Below, piece by piece: positions 1-8,407 of a stretch of DNA of 64,000 nucleotides. The notes beneath the pieces were generated by a model. The model was given only the letters and a program-made list of their open reading frames with translations. It ran no database searches and was not told where the DNA came from. Within the stretch, counting starts at the first letter, position 1; each line of letters opens with the position of its first letter. The position numbers and the translations under genes were made by a program. This stretch comes from Desulfurococcales archaeon (GTDB lineage Archaea > Thermoproteota > Thermoprotei_A > Sulfolobales > Desulfurococcaceae), in contig JALVYU010000026.1 in assembly GCA_027022365.1 (NCBI GenBank), forward strand, positions 96,001 to 160,000, written 5' to 3'.

Positions 1-564
1 GTAGCCGCGTTTTCCTCTATAACCTTTCAGAAACAGTTCTCTCCTTACCAGCTCACTCAGCAACTCCGAGGAGGCATTGACGAGAACATCCACAGATAAC
101 ATTCTTTCATTAAGCCATTCCTCCACGATCTTTATTACCTGGTCGATTTTGCCGAAGAACTTCTCCCTAACACTCTCGAAGACCTCTTCATAGTAAGGAC
201 AGGATTCTTCGATAGCACGACATCTATCCATATACATTGAAAACAATGACTCGATATCTCTTCTAACATTGTCCCGATCCATGCCTTTTCTAAGATCATT
301 CTCTATCCGGTTAAGGATGAAGTGGGCCAGTAAACACTTAGCTCCATGTATCCCGTAGTTCTTTACTATATAGCTGTACATGAGTGGGAACTCGTTCTTC
401 TTAAACCCGAAATGAACCGGGGCCTTCTCCTCCAAATCCTGGTATGGGAGAACATCTTTAACCCGCGGAGGCTCTTCATCAATAACCCTATCTATAACCC
501 TACACAGAACATCGTCTAATCCAAGGATCCTATAAACCTTGGAGTGAATCTCCCAGCCCGGCAT
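1..564 (-). CDS. Hypothetical protein with MPxWxxH N-terminus (3' end outside the window); paralog of 7646..8407
   Basis: Manual translation from ATG at 564 gives MPGWEIHSKVYRILGLDDVLCRVIDRVIDEEP...LLAHFILNRI..., open to position 1. Not in the ORF track because there is no stop in the window. Confidence 0.8.
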   Translation of the reverse strand, partial: MPGWEIHSKVYRILGLDDVLCRVIDRVIDEEPPRVKDVLPYQDLEEKAPVHFGFKKNEFPLMYSYIVKNYGIHGAKCLLAHFILNRIENDLRKGMDRDNVRRDIESLFSMYMDRCRAIEESCPYYEEVFESVREKFFGKIDQVIKIVEEWLNERMLSVDVLVNASSELLSELVRRELFLKGYRGKRGY

Positions 565-720
565 AGGATATCAGCCTAATATTAGTTTATGAGGTCTTCT
601 CCATAAAAAGGGTACATGGAGTATCTTGGAAGATAAGGTACTTGGGGATTATGATATGCCGAAAAACCTGTGGCTTCAGGCGACGGGTGGGCAGGGAACG
701 CTTTTCTAGCTCTTTCTGGG

Positions 721-888
721 CTACTTGTGTATTCCTAGCCTGGCTATTACTCCGGCTACGTGTTCTTGTTCTAGGGTATCAATTATATCGTCAATGATCT
801 CAAGTGCTTCATCTATGCTTGGGGCTGTAGCTACCCGGTCTCGGATATACTTTATGATTGCTATGCATTCGGAGCATGGGTTGTTCAC
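721..888 (-). CDS. Small helical hypothetical protein (55 aa)
   Basis: GTG start preceded by GGAGGTG SD; reads MNNPCSECIAIIKYIRDRVATAPSIDEALEIIDDIIDTLEQEHVAGVIARLGIHK. The listed + ORF 725..994 reads like its antisense shadow. Confidence 0.55.
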   Translation of the reverse strand: MNNPCSECIAIIKYIRDRVATAPSIDEALEIIDDIIDTLEQEHVAGVIARLGIHK

Positions 889-1011
889 CCGGCTCCCACC
901 TCCCCCGCGGTTGTTCCCCGCTAGGCTCTCGGTAGCCGTATTTAAAACACTGGGGCACCGGCAAAACTATTTGGGGATGAAAAGGATCTCCTGAGTACTT
1001 CAAGGCTCTGC

Positions 1012-1019
1012 TTTATAAG
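1012..1019 (+). promoter_or_regulatory. Canonical TATA box of the tfb-tbp operon
   Basis: TTTATAAG 40 nt upstream of the ATG at 1052. Confidence 0.5.
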
Positions 1020-1051
1020 GATGAAAGTATTCAATACAGGGGTACAGCGTC

Positions 1052-1675
1052 ATGCTTGTCTATGATAAATCCAGGGCCGAAGTAGTGGATGCGGAGACCG
1101 GCCTAGTGGTTGAGGATAGACTTATTGATCCGGGGCCCGAGTGGAGGAGCTACAGGCCGGAGAGCCGTAGATGCCACATAATGCACCGCCGGGAACCCGA
1201 GGAACTGAGGTTCTTCCGGGGCCTAGTACCCAGATACGTGTATGAGGACGCTGGCCATATTATGAGGAAGCTGAGGCTCGGAGGCCGTGCAGGGGCCCTA
1301 GCAGCCCTTATGTATTCCGCCAAGAGGTACGGCGTACCCCTACCAGCCGAGGTATTCTACTTCATCGATTATGAGAAGAGGAGCGTCTACAGGGTCTATA
1401 GGAGGATCGTGGAGGAGCTGGGGCCGCCCGGTAGGATGGAGGATGCGGCTGTAGCCCAGGTGGCCGGGCTGGCGGTTAGACTCGGCAAACCGCACCTAGC
1501 TCCATTAGTGGTTAAACTATATAGGAGGCTCAGGGAGAGGAACCAAGGCTATAGATCCACTACCCTAGCCGCCGTAGCCCTCGTCAAAGCCGGGCTCCCC
1601 GCCCGGGAAGTCTCCAAGTATCTTGGAGTAGCCCCCTCTACGCTCTCCAAGGCATTGAAACGGGTGGAGGCCTGA
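1052..1675 (+). CDS. tfb: Divergent short transcription initiation factor B (TFB/TFIIB-like)
   Basis: N-terminal LVYDKSRAEVVDAETGLVVEDRLIDPGPEWRSY matches the TFB ribbon/GPEWR motif (Cys-less); two cyclin-like repeats (AALMYSAKRYGVP; GYRSTTLAAVAL); C-terminal HTH. Confidence 0.85.
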   Translation: MLVYDKSRAEVVDAETGLVVEDRLIDPGPEWRSYRPESRRCHIMHRREPEELRFFRGLVPRYVYEDAGHIMRKLRLGGRAGALAALMYSAKRYGVPLPAEVFYFIDYEKRSVYRVYRRIVEELGPPGRMEDAAVAQVAGLAVRLGKPHLAPLVVKLYRRLRERNQGYRSTTLAAVALVKAGLPAREVSKYLGVAPSTLSKALKRVEA

Positions 1676-1679
1676 GACG

Positions 1680-2186
1680 TTGGAGCCCCGCGTAGAAATA
1701 GTAAACATCGTCGCAACGATCAAGCTAGAGCCGATGCCAGATCCTGGAGAAGTACTGGGGAAGATACCGGGCTCCAGGCCAGTTAAGAGGTTCCGGGGAG
1801 CAATGCTGAGGATCGGTAAAACCCCTGTGCTGTTCTACAAGAAGAAAATCATAGTAACCGGGGCGAAGAATACCGAGGAGCTCAGAGACACTATAAGGAA
1901 ACTAGTAAGTGTGCTTCATAGGTACGGTATGGAAGCAAAGCCTAGGGGATACGAGATAGTCAATGTAACTGCTAAGGTGGATTTAGGTAGAAGGATAAAC
2001 CTCGTAGAAGCCGCGGAGAGGCTTGGCGGCATCTATGACCCGGACTACAGGCCATACATGGTGGCAAGGATAAACGATACAGTGATAATGCTATCACACA
2101 ACGGAAAACTAGTAATGCTGGGAGCAAAGTCCATTAAAAAATGCTATATGATTTCCGAACATGTTGTTAACAATATATTTCCGTAA
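1680..2186 (+). CDS. tbp: Divergent TATA-binding protein (TBP-like)
   Basis: Two TBP repeats: EIVNIVAT...KIIVTGAKN and EIVNVTAKVDLGRRINL...YDPD...GKLVMLGAKS; starts 4 nt after the tfb stop. Confidence 0.9.
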   Translation: MEPRVEIVNIVATIKLEPMPDPGEVLGKIPGSRPVKRFRGAMLRIGKTPVLFYKKKIIVTGAKNTEELRDTIRKLVSVLHRYGMEAKPRGYEIVNVTAKVDLGRRINLVEAAERLGGIYDPDYRPYMVARINDTVIMLSHNGKLVMLGAKSIKKCYMISEHVVNNIFP

Positions 2187-2296
2187 TACATTCTAGCCAG
2201 TAATATATTTGAGCCAAAGTGTGCTCTGCATTCTCAGACTAAGCACTGTTGCTGAAAATGTTCTATGAAATATATCCCATAAATTATCCGGAAACA

Positions 2297-2305
2297 GTAA
2301 CTATA
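2297..2305 (+). promoter_or_regulatory. Island promoter motif variant GTAACTATA
   Basis: 44 nt upstream of ATG 2341. Confidence 0.5.
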
Positions 2306-2340
2306 AGTGATAGAATATTACATGATTTATATAGAAAAAG

Positions 2341-2823
2341 ATGGTGATGTTTTTAATGAGCTTCCATATAGTTTTATCTGAGGAGGAGACATTTAATAGA
2401 CTAGTGAAGTATTTTGTAGGAAGGAGATTAAAGATACTATCTCTACATAAACCTTCACACATTAAAGTGGAAATCGGCAAATTGTTCTCACTATGGTTTG
2501 GAGAAGCGTTAGGGGTTGTGGATATCAATATTATGAAGCTGGGCAATCATAGTTTAGTCAATCTATACTTTAACTTTCTTAGGGAATATATCTCCGGATT
2601 AATATTGTCTATACTGCTATCGTTTATTCTCACTATATATGGACTACTCATAGACGCGCCCTGGGATGCTGTACTTCTTTTAGCGATTACTGTATTCGCA
2701 ATAGTTATGCTCCTAGAGGGATACAATGTGGCCGTAACAAGGAAGAAGTTCGTAGAGGAGCTATCTTTATTCGTTCAATCAATAAACTCAAACAAGGTGA
2801 ATATAAATGGCAGGCATGATTGA
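2341..2823 (+). CDS. Membrane protein (2 C-terminal TM helices)
   Basis: 160-aa ORF with a hydrophobic hairpin. Confidence 0.7.
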   Translation: MVMFLMSFHIVLSEEETFNRLVKYFVGRRLKILSLHKPSHIKVEIGKLFSLWFGEALGVVDINIMKLGNHSLVNLYFNFLREYISGLILSILLSFILTIYGLLIDAPWDAVLLLAITVFAIVMLLEGYNVAVTRKKFVEELSLFVQSINSNKVNINGRHD

Positions 2824-3877
2824 TCGTGGAGAAAGAAAAGCTGGGGTACCAGTTGTAGCTCTCATTATTACACTAGTATTCATTGCCTTATTGACTATTC
2901 TTTCACCCAAAGTCGACATCTTTACCACATCATCAACGAATAACACCGGAGGAGCTTCCGCGGACCTTGAAAAGCTTATATTAAGCAAGGTCGACCCGTT
3001 AGCCGTCAGAGAATTCGCCGTTAAACTAACAACTGATCCTCTCAATGCTTTTCCTAATCTATGGAGTAAGTATACTTTAATAGATGAGGAAAGATTCCTC
3101 GAGAAAGGCTATTACTGGTATATAAAGATTAGATTGAGTACGCTCGAAGGAATAAATGGAAGTATAGAGTCAAATACACCAGTAGATTTCTATGTTGTTG
3201 ATGAAGAAGACTTTCTACATTTCAAAGAAGGAGAATCATTCTATTACTACACAAAGCCTTCACGTATAAACATATACAGATCAAGCTTTGAGTGGAATGC
3301 ACCACGTGATGGAACATATTATCTAATAGTATATGCAAAATATGGGAATGCAAGGGTAAAACTAAGAGTCGATACATTCACGAAACCCTTCCTAAGCGGG
3401 TTCCCATATAATATAGAAGACAGAGAAGCATGGTATATATGGATAATAAACGTATGGGTCGCAAAGAACATACACTACATCCCGGATCCAAATTTTGAAC
3501 TAGTACAAGATCCTAAACAAACATTAAGGCTAAGAGCTGGAGACTGTGATGATGTAGCAGTACTAATGGCGTCTATGTATCAAGCAGTAGGGCTAAAAAC
3601 CAAATTCGCAGAAGTAGATACAGATGGAGACGGAAAAATAGACCATATAACAGTCCTAGTGTACTACCATGGAACACCTAAAGAATTCCTAGACAGCGAA
3701 GAAACAATAGCATTCATGGCAGGACTAATATCAAGACTGCCAGATGAATACTCGGTAAGATACATAAAAGGCAATAACGGCATATGGATCATAGCTGACC
3801 CATTATTCTCGGAAAGCAACTACTGTGTAGGAATGATAGAACACGAACCATACAAAATAAAAAATATATTCCCATAA
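2807..3877 (+). CDS. Membrane-anchored transglutaminase-like (Cys-His-Asp) protein
   Basis: N-terminal TM; GDCDD catalytic Cys motif, downstream DHI and IIADP complete the triad; beta-sandwich middle domain. Confidence 0.8.
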   Translation: MAGMIDRGERKAGVPVVALIITLVFIALLTILSPKVDIFTTSSTNNTGGASADLEKLILSKVDPLAVREFAVKLTTDPLNAFPNLWSKYTLIDEERFLEKGYYWYIKIRLSTLEGINGSIESNTPVDFYVVDEEDFLHFKEGESFYYYTKPSRINIYRSSFEWNAPRDGTYYLIVYAKYGNARVKLRVDTFTKPFLSGFPYNIEDREAWYIWIINVWVAKNIHYIPDPNFELVQDPKQTLRLRAGDCDDVAVLMASMYQAVGLKTKFAEVDTDGDGKIDHITVLVYYHGTPKEFLDSEETIAFMAGLISRLPDEYSVRYIKGNNGIWIIADPLFSESNYCVGMIEHEPYKIKNIFP

Positions 3878-4111
3878 ATAGCAATGTATGGGCTGGATCC
3901 TCGCGGTTTGATGATGAAGTGTTAATTGGAACGTATTTTAGCGTCGCTTAAATCATATTACACTATATATAATTACATAATGATGTTAATAATTATTATA
4001 TGTTGTTCAGATGCTTAAACAGTTGTTGTAAATTACACTGTACATGGTACTTATACGGTGTCCGGTGCTTTATTCTCGCTTTATTTATCTATACAATTCC
4101 CCATGTAGTTT

Positions 4112-4200
4112 CGATACACTGGGGAGTACACTCCAGTTTGTACTTGTGTTTATACTCCAGTTTGTACTCTGGGAGCGAGACACGAGTGTATCGGTGTACT
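4112..4200. repeat. Two 15-bp direct repeats nested inside a 9-bp inverted repeat
   Basis: ACTCCAGTTTGTACT at 4130-4144 and 4154-4168; CGATACACT 4112-4120 / AGTGTATCG 4185-4193; AGTACAC 4125-4131 / GTGTACT 4194-4200. Confidence 0.75.
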
Positions 4201-4232
4201 ATGCGGAGCATGTCACTCTACGTTATCAATAA

Positions 4233-4241
4233 GTAACTATG
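4233..4241 (+). promoter_or_regulatory. Island promoter motif GTAACTATG
   Basis: 30 nt upstream of the in-frame ATG 4263 (would fit a leaderless transcript). Confidence 0.55.
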
Positions 4242-4262
4242 GACTACGCTGGTGGATTGTTA

Positions 4263-4532
4263 ATGGTGGCTGTATTGAAGGTTGTCCAGTGTATTCTCGG
4301 CTACCTGGCGGAGAAGGAGATAGCGATGCCCATACAGGTGGAGCGTGACCTGAAAATATCGAGGTACCTGGTGTTCGGCTCCCTGATAATCATGGAGGAG
4401 CTCGGCCTCGTCGAAGCGATTGCCAAGAGGGCTAACTGGAAGCTCTACAGGATAACCGATAAAGGCAGAGAATTATTGGAGAAGGGAAAAACAGTTATAG
4501 AGTTGGAGGCTACCGGCCGAGAACCCTCTTAA
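4263..4532 (+). CDS. Winged-helix DNA-binding protein
   Basis: MEELGLVE...LYRITDKGRELL wHTH signature; ORF track starts at 4239 but ATG 4263 is more likely. Confidence 0.75.
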   Translation: MVAVLKVVQCILGYLAEKEIAMPIQVERDLKISRYLVFGSLIIMEELGLVEAIAKRANWKLYRITDKGRELLEKGKTVIELEATGREPS

Positions 4533-6465
4533 CGGCATCTACAACGTTGTCGGGGATAGCCGCTTCAGCCCCGAAACCCCTAATGTAATCCAGGTATTTT
4601 TCACCCACCACGAACAGTATTCTAGCCCCGCTTTTCCCGGCCCTCTCAATGTATTTCCTTATCTTCCCGGGATCCCTGCTGGGACGGGTCTCCACCTCGA
4701 TGAACAAGACATTACCAGTATCCCATGAATTGGCGTCTCGGTATGGTATGGCGATTACATCTGGGATCTCCCGGAGAGGCTCTTCGCCGGTATCGATCCA
4801 TGTCCATACTCCGAGGTTAAGCCTCAGCTCCTCCACGATCCTCCTGATAGCTTCCTGGTGCTCGGGTCCTCCAGCCCTCTCACCGCTAAACACCATCTCT
4901 ACAAGCCTCCTACCCTTATCCGTAAGTTTGTAGAGCCTAGGCCTCCTACCCCTACCACGGGTTCCTGCCTCATAGACCTCTACAAGGCCGAGCTCAGCCA
5001 GCCCGCGGAAAACGCCATACACAGAACTACCCGATATACCGAAGAACCCGGCAACACGCTTCTCCAAAACCTTAGTAGGCATATCGCCCTCATAGTACAA
5101 CACATACAATACATAAGCCTCTATAGGCCTGACCGGGGGCTCTTTAACCTGGATAGTACCGGGCTCCTCCTTTTCTCCAGCCTCCTCGGCTACTTTAGCT
5201 TCGGCTTTCTCCTCTACCGGGGCCCCGTAGAGTTCCAGGCTCCTTGCTATCCTTTTACTGATCTCCGGGTCATCCTCAAACATAGATCCCTGGACATCAA
5301 CGGGAATATATACTGTATTGAGGGTGAAGGGTCTAACAGGCTTACCGTGGACCTCGGTTTTAACCGCGAACCAGTAGAGAGGCAAATTGATCAAGTCTTT
5401 CTCGGAGAATATAGGCTCGTAGAGCTTGGCCAGTAGCTTAGCCGATTTAAGCCCAACCCTGAACGTTATAAAGGTTCTGCAGTTGCCTAGTATGGCGTCC
5501 AGTATCTCCCGCGGGTACTGCTCGGGATATTGAGTAGCCAGTGTAAGATATAGCTTGTACTTACGGGCCTCGGCAAGAATATCGATAAGGGTTGGAACGG
5601 TGAAGTTGTGGGCCTCGTCGATGTATAGGTAGTGTGGGATCCTCATCCTAGGAGCAACATCGATTCTGGACATGGCCGCCGAGAAAATCTTGCCGATGAT
5701 CAATGTGCCGAGGAAGTGTGAAACCTCTTCGGTGAGCCTACCCTTACTGAGATTAATGACTATGAAAGCCCTCGAATCCATGAGCTTCCTGAAGTCAATA
5801 GTGGACCTTCTAGCAGAGAATATAGGGCGGAGTATCCTGGAGCCAACGAGCTTGCTTATCTTGTTCACAACGCTGATAATAGCGTCTTTTGGTAGGCGGG
5901 GCCATTCCTCCTCCCAGAACTTAGCCACCAGGGGATCCTCGACATTAGCTACGAGCTCGTTTCTCCTATCCTCGTCGACAAGCAGATAGTAGAGATCCAG
6001 GAGACTAGTAGACCCAGGCGGCTGCTCTAGGAGGGTGTTTACACAGTTCCTCAATATATGCTCCAGCCTAGGACCCCAGAAGTCCTTGAAAAGCTTCTGC
6101 AACGCAGAAATAAACGCCTCACCCACACGCTCCCTATCCCATTCATCACGATACTCGAGGAAGTTTATCCTCACGGTCTTGCCGAATACCTTAATCGTTG
6201 TGGGGTCTATGTAGACAAGCCTATCAACTCTATCCTCGGGTATCAGCTTAACGATTTCAAGGGCAAGGTCTCCATGCGGGTCCAGCAGGCTGAATCCCTC
6301 GCCGAGGTCTATGTGTTGCTTGATAAGGAACTTGAGCAACGTCGACTTGCCTGTGCCGGATTTACCGAAAACCGCTATGTGGAGGCGATCCACCTTATAG
6401 ATCCCGTACTTCTTCTCCTTAAAGGATCCAAGGTACACTACCTCGTCTAGACGCTTAAGCTCCAC
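4510..6465 (-). CDS. VirD4/TraG/HerA-type P-loop ATPase with C-terminal wHTH and PD-(D/E)xK nuclease-like domain
   Basis: Walker A GKSGTGKS, LLDPHGDL, Walker B LYIDEAHNF, EARKY..LTLATQ; C-terminal GLVE..LYKLTDKG wHTH followed by H...IPDVI...FIEVET. Confidence 0.85.
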   Translation of the reverse strand: MELKRLDEVVYLGSFKEKKYGIYKVDRLHIAVFGKSGTGKSTLLKFLIKQHIDLGEGFSLLDPHGDLALEIVKLIPEDRVDRLVYIDPTTIKVFGKTVRINFLEYRDEWDRERVGEAFISALQKLFKDFWGPRLEHILRNCVNTLLEQPPGSTSLLDLYYLLVDEDRRNELVANVEDPLVAKFWEEEWPRLPKDAIISVVNKISKLVGSRILRPIFSARRSTIDFRKLMDSRAFIVINLSKGRLTEEVSHFLGTLIIGKIFSAAMSRIDVAPRMRIPHYLYIDEAHNFTVPTLIDILAEARKYKLYLTLATQYPEQYPREILDAILGNCRTFITFRVGLKSAKLLAKLYEPIFSEKDLINLPLYWFAVKTEVHGKPVRPFTLNTVYIPVDVQGSMFEDDPEISKRIARSLELYGAPVEEKAEAKVAEEAGEKEEPGTIQVKEPPVRPIEAYVLYVLYYEGDMPTKVLEKRVAGFFGISGSSVYGVFRGLAELGLVEVYEAGTRGRGRRPRLYKLTDKGRRLVEMVFSGERAGGPEHQEAIRRIVEELRLNLGVWTWIDTGEEPLREIPDVIAIPYRDANSWDTGNVLFIEVETRPSRDPGKIRKYIERAGKSGARILFVVGEKYLDYIRGFGAEAAIPDNVVDAVKRVLGR

Positions 6466-6502
6466 TACCCTCTCACCATCGGGAAAATGATTACGGGAGA
6501 CA

Positions 6503-6511
6503 CGTAGTTGC
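6503..6511 (-). promoter_or_regulatory. Island promoter motif variant GCAACTACG
   Basis: 46 nt upstream of GTG 6465. Confidence 0.6.
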
Positions 6512-6594
6512 AGGTTAATGGATAAGTGTGGTGTACCGACCCCTTACAAGCTAGTCATGGAGGCCTCCAAGGGATTACGGGTTAGTATTCTCCC

Positions 6595-6603
6595 GCAACT
6601 ATG
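6595..6603 (+). promoter_or_regulatory. Island promoter motif GCAACTATG
   Basis: 45 nt upstream of GTG 6640. Confidence 0.65.
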
Positions 6604-6639
6604 CTTAACCGTTCCACTCTATAACGTGGTGTATGAACC

Positions 6640-7578
6640 GTGTGGTCTTACCTCGAGATAATCCCTCACCCGGAGACCAGGATTGAACCCCTACAATTAG
6701 AGGATTTCATAGCGGCACTTTACGGTACAAGGGCTACCTGGGCATACATTATAGTATATGACGGCGGCCATCTAGGCTTCTACTACATAGTGCCTCGGCA
6801 ACTAACGAATAGTACGGTTAAGAGCCTTGAGTCAAGGTTCAACAAGATCATTATAGAGGAATCCAAGCCCCCTAGATTGATCGATTATAAATATTATACG
6901 GAGCTTAGACTGCTCAAAAGCTTCTACTACCCATTATTCCACCTAACAAGACAGAAAGAGATAGAATCCAACCCCGTAGACGTGATTGCCTCAAGCATGC
7001 TCGGAGGGGAGAGCATGGTATTAATAATAGCTACGCCAGAGCCCCGCGGAGCAGGAGTAATAGCTGGATTCGTCTACGAGAAGAAAACAGGTAAACCAGC
7101 AAGCACTGGGAAAATAATACTAAAAGAAGCCCTAAGCCTAGGAGACGCATTCTTCGGCTCAACAAGCTCTACCACGTCAAAACAACAATACGTGTATAAG
7201 CCCGAGCTAACCGAGGAGGAGAAAAGAATCCTACGTGAAGCCCAGTACAAGATGCACCACCAACTATACGCAACGAGGATAATAGTCCTAGCAAAGGAGG
7301 AAGACCTAGTCTACGATATAGCCAGTAGCTTCAATCAATTCCCATTAAATGGTTTCACCTTTAAAGTAAAAGAGGTGAACGAGAAGATCCTCCGAGAGAT
7401 AAAAGAGCTTAAACCAAGAAGACTGGGCCTGTTATTTAAGGATAAGAAAATACCGGTCCTGAGCCCTAGAGAACTAGCGGCATATGTGAACCTGCCTACG
7501 GCACTGGATACTTTGCCGGTGAAAACTGCTTCAATAATACTTAATCCCCCGCCTGAAATCCCGGAGGAAGCGGATTAA
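6640..7578 (+). CDS. Hypothetical protein resembling the N-terminal accessory domain of large VirD4/TraG-like ATPases
   Basis: Motif order YLEIIP, GFYYIVP, ELRLLKSFYYPL, NPVDVIASSM, IASSFNQF..NGF, VLSPRELAAYVNLP; family recognised from memory, not by search. Confidence 0.6.
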   Translation: MWSYLEIIPHPETRIEPLQLEDFIAALYGTRATWAYIIVYDGGHLGFYYIVPRQLTNSTVKSLESRFNKIIIEESKPPRLIDYKYYTELRLLKSFYYPLFHLTRQKEIESNPVDVIASSMLGGESMVLIIATPEPRGAGVIAGFVYEKKTGKPASTGKIILKEALSLGDAFFGSTSSTTSKQQYVYKPELTEEEKRILREAQYKMHHQLYATRIIVLAKEEDLVYDIASSFNQFPLNGFTFKVKEVNEKILREIKELKPRRLGLLFKDKKIPVLSPRELAAYVNLPTALDTLPVKTASIILNPPPEIPEEAD

Positions 7579-7645
7579 GCATTACATGCTCTTTCACTTG
7601 GCTTATTAGTGAATAGCATTACATTGATTTATCTAGGGGTATAGG

Positions 7646-8407
7646 TTGCCGGATTGGAATACTCATGTTAAATGGGCTAGTAGGCTCGGCATAGATAGGG
7701 AGATTGCAGAGTTTATCAATAAATTGATTGATGACCCTGAGGAAGTATTGAAGGATGACCCTACAGAGCTGGGTGAACTGTATAGGAGGGATCCGGAGGG
7801 CGTTAAAGCCGCCCTAATAGGACATGATTGGGGTAGGAAGGGTAAGGCTAGGCTTGACATTTTGAAGACTTACTGCCGTATACGGTTTGGGGAGAAGGGA
7901 GTAATGGCTACCGAACTACACCATGTCCTCGACTATTTAACACATATAAGAAGCCCGGAGAACCTGGCCAGAATAATTGTTAGCTCATCAATATTTCACG
8001 CGACAAGCGGTAAACCATTAAGCGAGAGGATGAAACTCGTAAAAGAATTCTACTGGAATAGAAGAAAATATTCTGAATCTCTGGAAAGGCTTACGGAAGA
8101 AATAGCGAAGCTGGACTATGAATCCTATAAGAACATAATAATCGAGCTCCTAAAGAATAAGGCACAAGAATGGGAGTTGCACAGAGAAGTCTATGACTTT
8201 GTGATCAATAACCTAGACGAGATACTGAAGGACATCGACAAGTATCTTGCAAAGAAAAGAAAACGAATAGCACGCTCACTATCGATTAACACACTAGACA
8301 AATGGACTGAAAAATTAACCGCTCTTCTCATAGGTATTATACAAGTCCTTATCCCAGTGTCTCTCGAACTGATAGCTCTCGTATCTTGTCCGTATTATTC
8401 GTGGTAG
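7646..8407 (+). CDS. Hypothetical protein, possibly a metal-dependent hydrolase (MPDWNTH...IDDP...GHDW...HHVLD)
   Basis: His/Asp-rich motifs; paralog of 1..564; the last ~30 aa overlap the convergent gene and may be read-through. Confidence 0.65.
   Translation: MPDWNTHVKWASRLGIDREIAEFINKLIDDPEEVLKDDPTELGELYRRDPEGVKAALIGHDWGRKGKARLDILKTYCRIRFGEKGVMATELHHVLDYLTHIRSPENLARIIVSSSIFHATSGKPLSERMKLVKEFYWNRRKYSESLERLTEEIAKLDYESYKNIIIELLKNKAQEWELHREVYDFVINNLDEILKDIDKYLAKKRKRIARSLSINTLDKWTEKLTALLIGIIQVLIPVSLELIALVSCPYYSW

Noticed and set aside
725-1003. Listed ORFs 725..994(+) and 809..1003(-)
   Set aside because: Shadow or alternative frames of the SD-led 721..888 minus ORF and the promoter region.
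4000-4236. ORFs 4000..4236 and 4044..4232
   Set aside because: Atypical composition; they span the repeat/regulatory region.
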